A stretch of 64,000 nucleotides of DNA from Eledone cirrhosa (Eukaryota), in contig OZ024742.1 of the NCBI GenBank assembly GCA_964016885.1, forward strand, positions 309,938,001 to 310,002,000. Reading direction: 5' to 3'. Positions 14,961 through 27,859 of the stretch are shown in pieces; the stretch's first letter is position 1; each line of letters begins with the position of its first letter. The translations under genes and the position numbers were made by a program. The notes under the pieces were generated by a model. The model worked only from the letters and a program-made list of their open reading frames with translations, searched no databases and had not been told where the DNA came from.

Positions 14961-14998
14961 ATGGACATGGTTATACTGTTTCGTATAACCATGTCCAT

Positions 14999-15041
14999 TA
15001 CGAGGTGAGCATCCGCTAAGGTGAAACAATTGTTCTCGGTA
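14999..15041 (+). ncRNA. Type I HHR, family I, G3:C8 swapped core
   Basis: Identical to the opposite arm except for core GTGAGCA (15005-15011). Confidence 0.7.
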
Positions 15042-15070
15042 TGGTGAACTAACTGTTGTGTAACCACTTC

Positions 15071-15199
<129 letters not shown>

Positions 15200-15287
15200 A
15201 TTTTGCGCATATGTATGTATGTATATATGTATATGTATGTATGTATGTATATATGCATGTATGTATGTATATATGCATGTATGTATG

Positions 15288-15351
<64 letters not shown>

Positions 15352-15492
15352 TACATATATATATATACAATTATACATATATATATATATATACATATAT
15401 GTATGCATTTTTTGTATATATGTATATATGTATATATGTAAATATGTAATGTATGTATATATATGTATATATGTAAGTATTTAATGTATGCA

Positions 15493-15528
<36 letters not shown>

Positions 15529-15652
15529 TGTATGTATGTATGTATGTATGTATTTAACTATTTAGGTATGTAAGTATTTATGTATGTATGTATATATTTA
15601 TGTAAGTATTTATGAATGTATATATGTATATGTGTAAGTATTTATGTATGTG

Positions 15653-15684
<32 letters not shown>

Positions 15685-16091
15685 TGTATATAAACATGTA
15701 TGTATGTATGTATGTATTTATGTATGTATATAAACATGTATGTATGTACATTTCCGTTTGACTTATCTTCTCATATAACGTTTGTGGATATTTGTTTCCG
15801 TTTATATATTTTCTCGAATTATTTTAGTTTTGCTGATTTACTTTTGTTTTTACTTTTTTTTTTTTTTTTACTTATGTTGCTTTTAATAAAAACATAAATT
15901 AAATTGATCCTGATTGGAGCATTAATTCAATTAAAATATATAAATTTAGAAAATTAAGCAGTTAGCTTTCCTTTGACTCCACCAGAAACCCTTTCGTTCA
16001 TGTCAGCATTCTATCGAGCCATTTATTTACACACACACACACACCCACACACACACACACACCCCACACACACAGACAGACAGACAGACAG

Positions 16092-16250
16092 AGGCGGCGA
16101 ACTGGCAGAGTTGTTAGAACGTCAGATAGAATGTTTTATGGTATTCATTCCAGCTTTCTGCTTTCTGAGTTCAAATCACGACGAGTTCAACTTTGCCTTT
16201 CATCCTTTCAAGGTTGATAAAAAGTACCAGTGTACTACTGGAGTCGATTC
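16092..16250 (+). mobile_element. tRNA-derived SINE (older copy)
   Basis: A-box-like TGGCAGAGTTG, B-box GTTCAAATC, core GCCTTTCATCCTTTC..GATAAAA.GTACCAG. Confidence 0.75.
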
Positions 16251-16439
16251 TTGCTCTATATCTCTTTCTCATATCCATTCTCTCACATTCTATCTTTCTC
16301 TGGAAGAAATTTGCTGTACTCTGGCCTCGAGAGAAATGGGCTCCGCCAGGCTTAAAATGGCCAAGAAACGCCGTATTTCCCCCTCCGACTCTATCAGGAG
16401 TTACCAGGAACCAGACCCCCCCCCACATTAGGTTAGAGT

Positions 16440-16690
16440 ATTTGGTTCACGACAGCACGTTGTGTCCTTAAACAGGACTTTTCTCGTTGATGCAGTCCAC
16501 TCAGCTGGCAAAAAAATAAACTGTACCTGAAATTCAAAGGTTCAACTGTTTCACACTCTGTCACACTGAGTCTCCCTGTGGACTACGTTCATGGTTACGT
16601 GTGTCTGTGAAATGCTCGATCACTTGTACGAAACTTTCATGAGCAGATAGTTCCTTTGCTCAAACAACTGGAAAACACGTCATCCGTTTC
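16440..16690 (+). mobile_element. Second SINE-like family
   Basis: Similar to 58390-58635 (-) and 21060-21140. Confidence 0.5.
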
Positions 16691-16734
16691 AAGGCATGTC
16701 CGGTCTCCCCTCCTTCTGGAGCTTGGAATTAATT

Positions 16735-16868
16735 CCGGTTGCTTAGTTTAATAACCGGTTGGTTATTTATTTGTTTATTGTTAAAGCTTCTTCACCACAC
16801 ATTCTGTGACCTCCTCAGTGACAAATTTGTTATTTGTGTCTTTCCTTTGTTCTGTCTTACACCATATT

Positions 16869-16936
<68 letters not shown>

Positions 16937-16960
16937 AAGATGGTGTAAGACAGAACAATA
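16735..16960 (-). mobile_element. Family G copy 2, with inverted 5' ends around (TA)n
   Basis: HHR-like motif at ~16778-16824 on the minus strand (CTGAGGA...GAAG); 16847-16873 is inverted at 16932-16958. Confidence 0.6.
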
Positions 16961-17046
16961 TATATATAATAAAGCATAATAAAGCAGATTGAAACTATGA
17001 ATACATAAAACGTTGTAATGGCCATCATGTAACACATATAACAAAG

Positions 17047-17106
<60 letters not shown>

Positions 17107-17191
17107 GTATTATATATATATATATCCAGGAAAAACTTGAACCATTAAGATCTCCTTCCTGGATATGTCAATATTTATAAAACAAACTTTG

Positions 17192-17252
17192 TATTTTATC
17201 TGATGAGTGCGTACCAAAGTTTTGGTACCCTTGAAATATATATAATAGAATA
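17192..17252 (+). ncRNA. Type I HHR with (AU)n stem III
   Basis: Stem I TATTTTAT/ATAGAATA; CTGATGA 17200-17206; stem II GTACCAAA/TTTGGTAC; GAAA-TATATATA. Confidence 0.8.
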
Positions 17253-17386
17253 AATATGGTTTTATAAATATAGTTTCCATTTATTAATATCATTGATATT
17301 ATACTCCAGAAAATCTGTCGAGTGCTTCGAATTAGTTATAAACATATATATTTGTTCAATAACTAACCAATTAAATATCCCTTTTG

Positions 17387-17434
<48 letters not shown>

Positions 17435-17487
17435 CAAAAGGGATATTTCATTTGTTGGTAATTGAACAAATATATATGTTTATCACT

Positions 17488-18466
17488 TGAAGATTTATAA
17501 GAACCCACTTGAATAAGTATCTGTTGATCTTACACAAGCTTCTACATAACTTGGTATATTTTCACCCAACTTGTAGAAATCTTATAATGAAACGAGTCGT
17601 CTGGGAAATTATATATTTGATATATCTCATATGAAATAATACAGCCAATTATCCACACAACACAATATAGTTAGCACCCCAAACGTTTAATTGGGAATAT
17701 ACTCAGGTATTTCCTAATGTTTGTTGAGTGAGTTGGAATTTGGCCGGAGTATCGCTATTAGCTTTCTCCGATTATGTATTTATATATTTACTCTTGGAGC
17801 AACAGATATGAACTTTCCCGATATAAGTTATGACTCTCTTTGTTTATTTTTTTATATGAATATTGATTGTTAGTTCTTGTATCTCATTCTGTTATTTTGC
17901 CCGATAAAATATCTGTGTCATTTAGCGGTGTGCACATATGAATATTTTTTCATATCCAATTGAGTTATTAGCACGTGGCTTGAATTCTTATTCAACGACC
18001 TGCGCATGTATTGTTTTTGGCGGTAGCCTCCTTCCTCCCATTTCGCGACAGTGTGAGATTTTCTTTAGAACTGCTGGACTAACAACCTAGCAGCTCCCTC
18101 AAACACTGATGGTGATTATCGCTAGATATTGATGTTGATTTTGTTATCAATATTAATATTATTGGGTTACCCACTGAAGATTTATAAGAACCCACTTGAA
18201 TAAGTATCTGTTGATTTTATACAAGCTTCTACATAACTTGGTATATTTTCACCCAACTTGTAGAAATCTTATAGTGAAACGAGTCGTCTGGGAAGAGATA
18301 TATTTGATATATCTCATATGAAATAATACAGCCAATTATCCACACAATACAATATAGTTAGCACCCAAACGTTTAATTGGGAATATACTCAGGTATTTCC
18401 TAATGTTTGTTGAGTGAGTTGGAATTTGGCCGGAGTATCGCTATTAGCTTTCTCCGATTATGTATT

Positions 18467-18470
<4 letters not shown>
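17488..18470 (+). mobile_element. Family J retrozyme-like element: two ~300-bp HHR-bearing direct repeats, period 687
   Basis: 17488-17787 matches 18175-18470; non-coding centre; solo repeat at 41305-41620. Confidence 0.75.
18170..18292 (+). ncRNA. Type I HHR with long stem II insertion (family J)
   Basis: CCCA-CTGAAGA-T TTATAAGA..~77 nt..TCTTATAG T-GAAA-CGAGTC-GTC-TGGG. Confidence 0.75.
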
Positions 18471-18499
<29 letters not shown>

Positions 18500-18713
18500 G
18501 TATATATATATATATGTATACATAATATATATATATGAAGAATATGTTACCTATTGAAATAAGACGTAATGTCATTCAGGTAATACCTTTTTTTGTATGT
18601 GGTCGCCATTAAAACGTTTTTATGTAATCATAATTTTAATCTACTTTACTGTTTATATAGTTTATTGATATTGTCAGTCTGTTGGCATGTGTGTGTACGT
18701 GGGGGGGGGGGAA

Positions 18714-18915
18714 TTATGTTGTGTCTAAGTCTGTGTATATATATGTGTGTTTGGGGGCTTTATGTTGTGTCTAAGTCTGTGTGTATATATGTGTGTTTGG
18801 GGGTTTTATGTTGTGTCTAAGTCTGTGTGTGTCTGTGTGTATATATGTGTGTTTGGGGGCTTTATGTTGTGTCTAAGTGTGTGTGTGTCTGTGTGTATAT
18901 ATGGGGGATATATGT
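18714..18915. repeat. ~41-45-bp minisatellite
   Basis: TTATGTTGTGTCTAAGTCTGTGT(GT)ATATATGTGTGTTTGGGGG, about 4-5 copies. Confidence 0.85.
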
Positions 18916-19639
18916 TTTGTCTTTGTGTGTGTGTGTGTGTACGCATGTTTGTGTTTGAGTGTGTTTGTGTGTGTATACATTTGTTTGTGTTTGCGTGTGT
19001 TTGGGTGATTAATGTTTTGTCATTGTATGTGTGTTTGTGTGTGGAGTTGTGTGGGTGTGAGCGTGTGAGTGTTTGTGAATTTGGGTGATTTATGTTGTTT
19101 GTGTGTGTGTATATATACGCATGGTTGTGTTTGAGTGTGTTTGTCTGTGTATACATGTGTTTGTGTTAACGTGTGTTTGGGTGATTAATGTTTTCTCTTT
19201 GTGTATGTGTATGCGTGAATGTGTGTGTCTGCCTGTGTGTGAGTGTATGTTTGAGTATATGTATGCGTGTGTACATGCGTTAGTGTATGTACACATGTGT
19301 ATATGTGGTGTGCCTGTGTGTGTGTGTTATGTTTTGTCTGTTTAAATATTTATCTACGTTTGATACAGTGACCCCCTGGTACACTTCTCTGGCAGTAATC
19401 AGTGATTCTATCATTATCTGACATCGATAATTGATAAAATGGTAGCCACTTACTCTTTGGTCACTTCACAGCTTATCGAGTTTGGCGTGTCTTTCCACGC
19501 ATACACACATACATTATTCTTATACACACACGCATAGAGCCGCACATAGTCCTATACTTAACGCTCATACACATACTTATACATATGCTCATACTTATAC
19601 ATATATATACTTTCATACGTACATAAACGCGCACACATA

Positions 19640-20538
19640 CGAGGTGTGTCAGAAAAGTTCCAGGACTGATGTCACAAAAGATTTATTTCAAACCCAAACT
19701 TCACACTAAGAGTTTTCTCCTTCAAAGTAATCCCCCTGGAGTATGTAACTGTAATCTTAGCTCTCTGCAGCGTTCAAACCTTTTTCTTCATAATTTTATT
19801 TACATGTCCTCTGTTTCAAGTCGTTAAGCAATGAGTACAGAGCAACGAACAAACTTGAAGTTTCTGGTACGATTGGAGAAAACTCCGCTGCAGAAAGTGT
19901 ATGGAGATGAGACGATGTCACTTTCACGTGTTTTTGAGTGGTGCAGGAGGTTTAAAGAAGGACGCGAGGACGTGGAAGATAACTCCAGGAGCAGAAGGCC
20001 CCCAACAACCAGGACTGACGTCAACGTTGAGCGCGTCTGGTAGATGGTGCGTAGCGATCGTCGGCTGACTGTTCGACTGATGGCAAATGAGCTGGGCATG
20101 AATCGGGACAGCGTCTGGAAGATTCTCACTGAAGATTTGGACATGCGGAAAGTCTGCGCGAAGATGGTGCCAACACTGCTGAACGATGACCAGAAGGGTC
20201 GACGCATGCAAGTGTGCCAGGACATCCTCGAGCCTCTTGAAACCGAACCAGACTTGCTAGGGACAGTCATTACCGGTGATGAGTCATGGATCTTCGATTA
20301 CGACCCGGAGGGGATCCGTTTTGAAGACGTGGACGACATCAAAAAGGCCGTGACGACGGAACTGCGGAGGATCCCAGAAGAATCCTTCCAGGAGTGCATG
20401 CAAGCGTGGCAGAAAAGGATGGAAAAGTGCATTAGACTCCAGGGGGATTACTTTGAAGGAGAAAACTCTTAGTGTGAAGTTTGGGTTTGAAATAAATTTT
20501 TTGTGACATCAGTCCTGGAACTTTTCTGACACACCTCG
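19640..20538 (+). mobile_element. Internally deleted mariner transposon
   Basis: ~103-bp TIRs starting CGAGGTGTGTCAGAAAAG; TA TSD; HTH region and TGDESWI retained; rest of the catalytic domain deleted; stop at 20041. Confidence 0.92.
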
Positions 20539-20809
20539 TATATTCATATACTTACAAGCAGAAACACACGCAGAGAAGAGCCACGTACGCCCACATGCAC
20601 GCAAGTTCCAATAGACACATACGCACACGTACAGACACGCACACACGAATGTACATGCACATACAAACAAGTACAGGTACTCACGCGCACATACACAGAG
20701 ACACGTGCACTCACTCACGCACACTTTCTCCAAGCCATACACAATTGACACTTTTATATAACAAGTCATCCTATCTTGAAGGTGAACTCGAACCCTTATC
20801 CTCCTTCTT

Positions 20810-20973
20810 CATACAAGCACACCTGCGGCCCGCACAAAGGTTTTCACAACACGAGCATATTTTATTTTCGTAAAATTAGTTGTAATGTGCGCAATTAGTT
20901 GTCGTGTGTGGCCCTCAGACAACACATATGTGACCCATGTGGGCCTCGAGAGACCCTCAGTTTGATATGCCTG
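20810..20973. mobile_element. Partial hAT-type MITE
   Basis: Matches 22718-22860; ends in TTTGATATGCCTG. Confidence 0.7.
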
Positions 20974-21199
20974 GTATAGGGTATTTAAAACATGAAAAGC
21001 TGTTATATTTACGTTTTGTTATTATTTCAATAGAACGGTTTATTATGAAGTGTTTCAATCGTGAGGTGAGTTTGATTCCCGAACCGAGTGATGCGTTATG
21101 TCCTTGGGCAAGACAGTTTATTTCACGTTGCTCCTTCTACCTTCAGCTGCGACCGACATATAGTATTAGCAATTGGAAAGACCATTGGAAACATTGTTT

Positions 21200-21640
21200 C
21201 CTCGGTCCGATTTGACGAAAGACGATCGACCGTTGATTATTACGACTACTATACTCTTTTCTACCAGAGCATTATTGTCCAAATAATGTTCTTTCCTACT
21301 TTCCTTTGTGACTGAATGTAACTTCTTCCTTTCGTGATCTGCAACCATTTCCATCATCCGGTCATATATGGTTTTAAGGTACTGATCGAGTCCAATGGTC
21401 GATATCCTATGTGAGAGCTCGAGCTGTATCATTCCTCTATCTCCGTTTTATCTAGAGAGATAGAGGTGATCTATTTCGGCTTTTGGGTGATGTATTTTAT
21501 TGCAGGTTAAAAGTTTCCTGATTTTGGTGTCCATTCCCTTAATTTCATTACCGTTCCAATTTATGATATTGAAAACTGGGATTGCAAACGCATTTATAAC
21601 ATATAGTTTATTTCTCGATTTAAGCTCAGTTTTCAAGACA
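21200..21640 (-). pseudogene. Old R4-like non-LTR retrotransposon fragment
   Basis: KTELKSRNKLYVINAFAIPV..NW..MDTKIRKLL..HHPKAEIDHLY parallels SSELSAYNKYIAHNTYAVP..NW..MDVRTRKLL at 9660-9860. Confidence 0.75.
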
Positions 21641-22674
21641 GGACGAGATTAGCTTTACCTTTCATCCTTACGAGGTTAATAAAACAAAGCGCCAGTAATG
21701 CACTGGGGTAGATTTAATAGAATTTTACCTCCCCCCAAATTGTTGGCCTTGTGCCTAAATCAGAAACCATAATTATTATATGTATTTTATATATTTTCTG
21801 TTTGATAAAAGATAACATTACTTAGCCTCGTGGATTGAATACTTTTATCAAATATTAAAATAGGTTTTTTTAATCAACGTGATGATAAGTAGATTTGTTC
21901 TTTTTGTTGTGTGTTGGGTAGCCGAAATTGTGTTAGAGTGTTATATTAAATTCATACATTTTTTCGAGCCTGGTTGCATTGTTCCAACAGTGAAGTATGA
22001 GTAGCGTCATCTCCATCAAACTAATCTTCATATTCCTTTGCTGGTTTCCCAAGTATTGTTTTAATTGGGTTATATACAGTGGTGTGGAGCAAGGACAATA
22101 CGATATTCATATTTCTTAGTTTCTGTTGTGTTTATCACACTTCTATCCAGAGTGTTATCTACATTTTTTCCCAGAATAGTCATTATATTTTTATTCGACA
22201 ACTTACCTGTTGCCATCTCGATGGGCTTGTGAGATTTGATCCTAATTCGGTTGGGGACTATCTTAAAGAATATACGAAATCGCAGCTTTTTGTGGCCCAT
22301 GCAACAGTTTACCGCTCTCATCATACATGTAATGTCGTTATCACTCAAGTTCTACTGCTTAGTTATGATGTTCTCTAAGAGATGCCAATCCTTCGAGTGC
22401 AGAAGTATCAGGGTCACCTACCGCTCTTCTTTCTTTGGAGACGTTGGCAATGATGAAGTTTCATCATTTCATACAATATAGATCGATAAACTAAATATCA
22501 CATAGAAATCAATATAGACGTCAATAAAATCTAGAAAAATCCATTGAAGATGGTACTGCAGAATAACTGCAGCCCATTGACTGATATCACTAAAAGTACA
22601 TATTTGGCAAGTATCTTGTTCAGAGACGATGTGTTGAAACTTAAACAATTACATCACTGAAAAGTCATTTAGGC

Positions 22675-22860
22675 CAGGCATGTCAAACGTGTGGCCAGCG
22701 AGCTGCATACGCTGCTTTACAAGCACACTTGCGGCCCGCACAAAGATTTTCACAACACGAGCATATTTTATTTTCGTAAAATTAGTTGTCGTGTGTGGCC
22801 CTCAGACAACACATGTGTGACCCATGTGCCCCTCGGGGGACCCTCAATTTGACTTGCCTG
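22675..22860. mobile_element. hAT-type MITE
   Basis: TIR CAGGCATGTCAAA/TTTGACTTGCCTG; perfect 8-bp TSD ATTTAGGC. Confidence 0.9.
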
Positions 22861-23069
22861 ATTTAGGCTATTTAAAACATGAAAAGCTGTTATATTTACG
22901 TTTTGTTATTATTTCAATAGAACGGTTTATTATGAAGTGTTAAAGTGTTTCATTGCACTTTTGTGAGGTGGGTACTGATAAAATTCTACTTATGAATAAA
23001 CACAATGTCTTTAAATGTATATAGTTTTCAGGAAAATCTGAACAGACCTTAAAATTATGGTCGATGCTT

Positions 23070-23135
<66 letters not shown>

Positions 23136-24376
23136 AAAATGATTATGATTTCTTTATTGGTTATTGGGGTTGAAAACATTAAAAGAAATACTCTTTTACT
23201 CTTTTACCTGTTCCAGCCATTCGGCTGAGGTCATGCTGGGGCACCACCCTTTAAAATAATTGGCCAGCCACCGTATGCCGAAACCCTCTAACAAACACTG
23301 GGTTTTACATAAAAATCGAGTACAAATGAAGAACAAATCGTGTAACAAAGGTAATAAATAAATATACAACAAAATTCACCGATAGAAATGCACCACCCAG
23401 AAGAAAACCAAAGAACTCTACAGATCCCAAATCACCCTTATCACCAAGAGCATCATAGGCAAGTGCCCCCCCTCTCTCTCTCTCTCTCTCTCTCATCTAT
23501 TCATTTTAGCCAACAGGTGCATTCTCGTAGTAGGTCCATTCATTGAAGCCATTCAATCTACATTCACCAACGTTTTAACACACATACGGGCAGCATTTCT
23601 ATCTCCATCCTAACTTTTCTTTCCAGGCGGAGCTTTAAAACATTCATGAGGACTTGGTCGAAGAGAAATTTGTCTATCTTCATTTTTGCAACATTTTACA
23701 CCACAAACCTCTTCGCCATAGCTTCTAGACCACTAAGTATCTTTTAAGACTCTCTCTACCCGAGCGCGTATTGTTGCTTCCAGGCGTTCACGTGTGGCTG
23801 ACACAGAGCAATATAGAATTATTCCTTTTTGGCAATTTTTGCAATCAGTTCAAGTGGTATTGTTAATGAAGTCATTTCCATTTCAATGTTAATATTTTCT
23901 TTGCTTCTCTCAATCTTCTAAGGTTAATAAGAAAAGTTCCTTTGTTGTTACTGCCGTGCCAGCAAAGGATCTATTGTTTGTTGTGATGTTGTTGTTCTTC
24001 TCTTTGCTGTCTCTTATTGTGGTGATGGTACTGTTGTTGTTTTTATGTTGTTCTCATTGTTCTTGTGGTGATGGTGATAATATTGTTGTTCTTATTGCTG
24101 CTTATCGTTGTGGTGTTGTTGTTGTTACTGTTGTTCTTTTCATTTCTGTCTGCTGTTGTTGTGATGTGGCTGTTGTAGTTGTTGTTAAGGCTATTGCTTT
24201 CTGTGTCAATTTTGTGTTGTTAATGCAATACCCTCTAATAATGATGATGATGATTATGATGATATTGATCACAAACAAACACAAAGTTGAGAGCAATACG
24301 AGTACAAAAAGCAGCACAATACAAAGTAAGGGGGAATCGACAAAAGGAAAACAGTAGTTTTAACAATAATAATAAT

Positions 24377-24560
24377 AATTGTTTCTACTTTTGGCACAAG
24401 GCCAGCAATTACCCAGTGCATTACTGGTACTTTATTTTATCAACCCCGTAAGGATGAAAGGCAAAGTCTACCTCGGCGGGATTTGAACTCAGATCGTTAA
24501 GGGACGTAACTATGCTGGAAAGCATGGCATCCGACCCTCTACCGATACTGCCAATCCACC
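24377..24560 (-). mobile_element. Young tRNA-derived SINE
   Basis: Reverse complement has A box TGGCAGTATCGG, B box GTTCAAATCC, central CTTTGCCTTTCATCCTTACGGGGT.GATAAAATAAAGTACCAG and an (ATT)n tail. Confidence 0.9.
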
Positions 24561-24696
24561 AATAATAATAATAATGATTTCATTTATTGGCCACAAGGGC
24601 CGACATATAGGGGACAATACAAAAGACTGGGACAGTGGGGTTTTACAGAAAAATTGAGTAAACAATATGAATAACAATAACAAAGTAACAATAAAA

Positions 24697-27600
24697 TTAC
24701 AACAAGAAAAAATTCCCCAATAGCTGTTCAACATAACTCCACAAGTCAGTAATGCACGGACACTCGACGAGTGCGTGCAGAACGGTTTCGTCGCTCTGCG
24801 CGCATCTCGGGCAGGTCCGTCTGACAGCACTTCCGTGCCTGTAGAGTTTATCTCGAACCGGATGTGCCACCCAGTAGCACTGCCAAGCGAGGGATTTTTG
24901 GAAATTATCTATCGTCCCCGGCTCGAAAGTCCTCCAGTACAGACTGGTTAGTTTGACTTCGTTGACTCCCACAGCCTCTCCGAGTGCGTCGTCGCCCTTG
25001 CCCACCACTAATCCTCTATAGAACTCGAGAGTGGAAGTTCCACGGACCGCATTGCCCGCCTGGCAGAGGGCAGTGAGGTCCTGGCAACATTCCAGATGCC
25101 AGTCACCCAGTCTCGGTCTCTTCTTGACCCAGGACTGCAGCTCAGTCAAAGAAAGGAGCTGCGGAAGAGCCCGTCTGACAAACGGCGACCACACCTGTTC
25201 ACCGTTTAGGCAAAATATCTGGAGATGCCGCAGCCTCAGCGCGTGCCTGCGCATCATTACCACGGCATGCCCAGCCCTCCACGTAAAGGATGCTGGCAGC
25301 AGATGGACCGCCTCACCAGCGGAACCTGACCCCTCCACAAGAATTTGAAGAGGAGCCGCTCCAAGATGGCGAGGCACGAACGGGGGAAAGGGACGACGGT
25401 CAGATGGTAGTAGATGACGGACGCGATGTACGTGTTCGCCACCTCCGCCCGACCTTTCAGTGATAGCTTCATCCCAACTCATTTCTGGGTGAGACTGGCT
25501 ACCCTGCCCGTCACCTCGTCCCAATTCTTATCCACCTGGAGGTCTGGCCCGAACCAAACTCCGAGCAACTTTACCGGTCCGTCCGTCCAGCGCCTAACGA
25601 CGCTGTTGGACGGCATGGCCTTGCCTCTCCAGGTGCCGAGTTGCAAGCCCACCGACTTTTCCGGGTTAAGTTTTGCTCCCGTCAACCTTTCATATTCCTC
25701 CAATAATTTGCCGACCACCTCGATTTCTGAGGTGTCCGACACCATCACGGTGATGTCGTCCGCATAAGCCGACACAGCCATTCCGCGTCCCGGTTCGAGC
25801 GGGATGCCCTGCAACAGCTCCAGCTTCCGCAGTAAAGGCTCGAGAGTCAATACGTACAGAAGGGAGGAGAGAGAGCACCCTTGACGGACCGATCGGAAGA
25901 CCTGAAACGGTTCCGAGAGGTGGCCATTAATTTTGACCATCGAGCAAGTGCCGCTGTGCATTGCAGAGATCCAGCTTCTGAAGACGGGGCCTAAGCCAGC
26001 CGCCTTGAGGACAGCCTCCAGGTACCGATGGTCGACCCTATCGAATGCTTTCGATTGATCTAAATTGATCAGAGCCCCTCCGAAGCCAGGTTTACACCCT
26101 ACCCTCTCTATGATGTATCGCATTAGGTGGAGGTTGTCGTGTATGGACCTGGTTGGGATTGCGCAAGTTTGCACCTCCCCAACCAAATCTCCGACGACAA
26201 GCGCCAACCTCTTCGCTAACACCCTGGCCAAAATCTTAAACTCTGTTTTGAGCAGAGTTATGGGCCTGAAATTGTCTAATGTGTCCCTCTTGTTCTCGTC
26301 TTTCCTTATCAGCGTCACTACGCCCCGGCTCACAGAACTGGGAATACTCCCGTTTTGCTGCCAGTTGCAGTAGAGGGCTTCGAGGAGATTGGAGAACAAG
26401 TCTGGCATATTTACGTAAAGCTCGTAGGGCAGACCATCCAAACCGGGTGACTTGCGCCTCATGCAGCCGACAAGGGCATTCTGAATCTCGGCTGAAGTAA
26501 TTGGCCTTTCGCAGCGCCCAGCGTCAGCCGTCGAGAGTTGCGGCAAGCCATCGAGGTAGGGACTGAAGTCCGCCACCATCTCTGATCCGCCACTTCCCCC
26601 GAACAACCGAGCAAAATGTTGGCGAAAGACCTCACACATCCGCTTGGAACCGCTCAGCTCGTGTCCGTCTCGGTCCGTCAAAGACCGAATCGTGGTTTTA
26701 TTACTACGCTGAACCTCTGCCACGCTGGCCCATCGAACAGCTTTGGTTCCCTCGTTTCTCAGAGCACGCGCCTTAGCTCTGACAATGCAACCTTCGTGTT
26801 TCGCATTGAAGAAATGGTCTAATGCCATTCTCGCCGCTAGCGCGTCAGTTGCAATGCCACTACCAATAGCCTCGTCTAACTTATATACCAACTCCCCCTC
26901 CTTTCTATTTTTCTCTAACGCTACTTCTTTGCTAAACTCTATCGACATTACTCTAATCTCTCTTTTGAGAGCCCCCCCCCCACCATCTATTGTTGACGAC
27001 TCCCCCTGTCAACTTTTTCTTAACTAAATTGTTGACCTGGTCCCTGTAAGCCTTACGTGCCGGAAATGACATGTTTAGCTTCCAGTAACCAGGTCCTAAC
27101 CTACGCGTCTTATCTAGGTCGACCATACAGATCACAAACTTGTGATCTGAATAGGCGACCGTTTCAAAACGTGGACAGCTTACACTATTTCTGTCTATTT
27201 TCCTAATGAATATCCTGTCTATATACAATCTAGATGACCCTATGCGGTTAGTCCAGGTTTACACTGGCGCATTAGGGAAATCTAGTCGGTACCTGTCAGA
27301 CAGTTGGAACTGGCTGATCAGGTTCTTGAGGCTTTTTCACCCCCCGCTCCTATCGGATACTCCCACACAGTCCCAACGTGCGTCTAAGATGCCGTTCCAG
27401 TCCCCCGCTAACAGTAAAGGGGGAGACGTACCCAGAAAGGCTTCCAGGTGTCTAAAGAAGTGCGGCCGTCCTGCCCCAGTAGGAGCATAGACGGCCACGA
27501 GTCTAAAGGCACCACCTTCGTTATTGTTCACGTCCAGGACCACCAACTTCCCGTCCGGGTCCCGGAAGATCGACCTTACCTCGAGATCCAGGCCTTTCCT

Positions 27601-27816
27601 AAACAGCTCTGACACACCGCCTCCCATTCCCGACCGGCTAACAGATGCAAATATCTGATAGTCGTCGAGAATGAGGGCTAGTGCGCGCGTGTCGGAAATC
27701 CTGGTCTCGCTGACGGCAATTACATCCATTTCTTGAGACATGAGGTCGTTGAGCAGGTGACCCTGCTTCCAGGAAGATCCCAGGCCTCGAACATTTAAAC
27801 ATCCTACTCTTAACAC
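24697..27816 (-). pseudogene. ORF2 (APE endonuclease, RT, CCHC)
   Basis: Motifs CLNVRGL, SET, VYAP, GDWN, SDH, GYWKLN, SPGLDGL, KAFDRV, VRQGC, YADD, CPRC..ETVLHALVEC; several frameshifts. Confidence 0.9.
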
Positions 27817-27859
27817 GGCGATGTTGGCAGGTTAAAAAGAAATAGAGGAAAGGTTTACT

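Noticed and set aside
22070-22481. Short ORFs after TA-CAGTGG, possibly a Tc1 remnant
   Set aside because: No recognisable transposase motif or matching TIR
24377-24560. tRNA gene calls for A/B-box sequences
   Set aside because: They are SINE heads and lack a cloverleaf
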